64,000 nt of DNA, from contig NMRA01000362.1 of NCBI GenBank assembly GCA_002633005.1, forward strand, positions 310,001-374,000, given 5' to 3'. Both the position numbers and the translations under genes were made by a program. The notes below the pieces were generated by a model. It did no database searches, was not told the DNA's origin, and saw only the letters and a program-made list of their open reading frames with translations. Positions 62,246 to 64,000 of this stretch are shown here, in pieces (position 1 is the stretch's first letter; every line of letters starts with the position of its first letter). The DNA comes from Phoronis australis (taxonomy: Eukaryota > Animalia > Phoronida).

Positions 62246-64000
62246 CTGTGTGTGGATGGCACTTTTATGTGAATAAGTCCATATTTACAATTTTGGCAGT
62301 TTCGAATGAATTCATGGCAAGCAAATCTTTGAATTGAAATGAACAGTATGATATGATGCGGTAAAAACGGTTGATAAGAATTTAGACTGATTTTTCATAC
62401 GAGGTTTTTCATCAATCGCACTAATTTATGATGATTTCTTTGTTTACAAAGATAAATGATCAACAGAGGTTTCTAAGAATTATCCTTTCAATAATGATCA
62501 CTATCATCAGTCTGGCGACCATTTATCATCAGTCTGATATGAATTAATTTCAAGAAAAATGGCATGACCTCAGCTTTTACGTGTATGTAATTCCGTGTGA
62601 TTGTAGTTTGCTGTGACTTTTGAGTGTGATATCCGAATCTGTCTTGCTGCCATGACGAGTCTGAAAAACCATTCGTCTCATTTTTAGAGTCCTCGGGGAA
62701 GTCCTTTCAGTCTTTTGTTATATGCGTATTAAACAAAGGCAGTTACATGAAGAACAAGATTGAATTACATATAAATTTCTAAGTTTTATCTATTAAGTAA
62801 GCTTCATTTCATGAGCACTGTTCAGTAGTTGCAACGTGAGGTCCGAGTGGGCGAGGGTACTCATCCATTATTCGGCGTATGGCTTTTATGCGGTTGAGCT
62901 CTACAGCAAGGAAACATTATAAGCATTGGTACGAGAAAAAAGGTGGCGACGCTACGTCATGGTGAAGGCGGAAAAAATAATGACGGCAAACTGGAAGAAT
63001 GCTAGCGGCAGAAGATTATGTAAATTTTAGAGCCCGGTTACATAAACGTTTACGCTGGTTAGCGTTATCGCGATATTGACATTTTGCGGGTGGAAGGTGA
63101 CGTCACATTTGTAATGGTTGTTGGAAAGCACCTACGGGTGGCAAGACATCACTTTAGATTGTTCGGGGTCTGCAGCGGCGTGCTTTTCCTCCTGCGTTCT
63201 TGGAATTTCATTGGCTGTTCCGGCTTCGAAACAAGACATTCTATTGAGGAGTCCTACTGTAGGTCAAATTTGTGCATCAACATGGCGATGTGTAGTGAAA
63301 AAACTGTCCTCGGATTTCCCTATCTAAATCGACCGATTTTCACATTCTTCCAGGCAAACGATACAAGGAATACACTAGTAACGTACGTGAAACACTGGAC
63401 TCCGGTGTGTTTTCGATTTTGTCAAAATATTTTGTAGACTAGCAATAACAGGACAAACTTATAGACCGGTAACCCAGAGCGCTTTGCATAATTGAAAGAA
63501 GTGCCAACATCTGCCGACAGAACACTTGGAAGGCATTCCAGTACGCAATGGATTTCTGCCAGTGTCTGCGCTCTTGGTGTGACCCCCGGGGACATTATGA
63601 GGGGGGCAAAATTGAGCTAGATTAGATATTCGAGGTACCGGCCAAAGCTGATTTAAAACCAACCGACCACTGAATGACCAGTGACTGACGGAATATACTC
63701 TGAAAAGGTCCCGCAGGAAACCCAAAAAGGGTCATCCAAAAGTGACCTAGCTCAAACATTTGAGGTACCATAACAATAAATTCCACGTGTGATTTAATAC
63801 ACACAGCTAATCACGTAATGGCACGTGAAAGACAAACTGCGCTCTGGGTCGGGCCTTCCAGAAATCCACATTAATCACACCCACGGAATGCTGTTGAAAA
63901 CATTAGCTACCGACTAAATTGCCATAGTGAAGGTGGAATGACCCATGATGCAAAAACGACCCCAAAAATTGAGCTAACTCAAACGTTTGAAGTACAACAA

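Noticed and set aside
62565-62680. Candidate first exon of tdh (acceptor then ATG GCA GCA AGA...)
   Set aside because: Reaches a stop before the donor and has no MDR N-terminal similarity.

Overview
This is intron-rich, AT-rich animal (invertebrate-like) genomic DNA with three assembly gaps (8504-9356, 46134-46654, 61084-61820). It is not prokaryotic, so most ORF-track entries are noise or single exons. Splicing by hand gives: (1) three tandem two-exon ecdysteroid kinase-like (EcKL/DUF227) genes on the minus strand (18066-34085), of which the middle copy is a chimera of the outer two from a ~6 kb unequal crossover; (2) a plus-strand ~514 aa single-pass membrane protein (36767-48917) with signal peptide, Cys-rich segment, Ig-like domain, two FN3 domains, TM helix and a tail carrying a GILK...KNVKF PP1-docking-like motif; (3) a minus-strand, intron-containing, bacterial-type Zn-dependent (MDR) L-threonine 3-dehydrogenase-like gene (7 exons, 50202-60083, first exon not found); (4) an isolated beta-microseminoprotein/SVWC-like Cys-rich exon (11815-11932). 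The rest is repeats: a ~149/446 bp higher-order array rich in CTCF-like motifs, hAT and Penelope remnants, several MITE families (one with 5-bp TSDs supported by empty sites in the window), tRNA-derived SINE heads, microsatellites, and a 1.8 kb near-identical duplication beside a gap. All calls were made by eye; no database searches were run.
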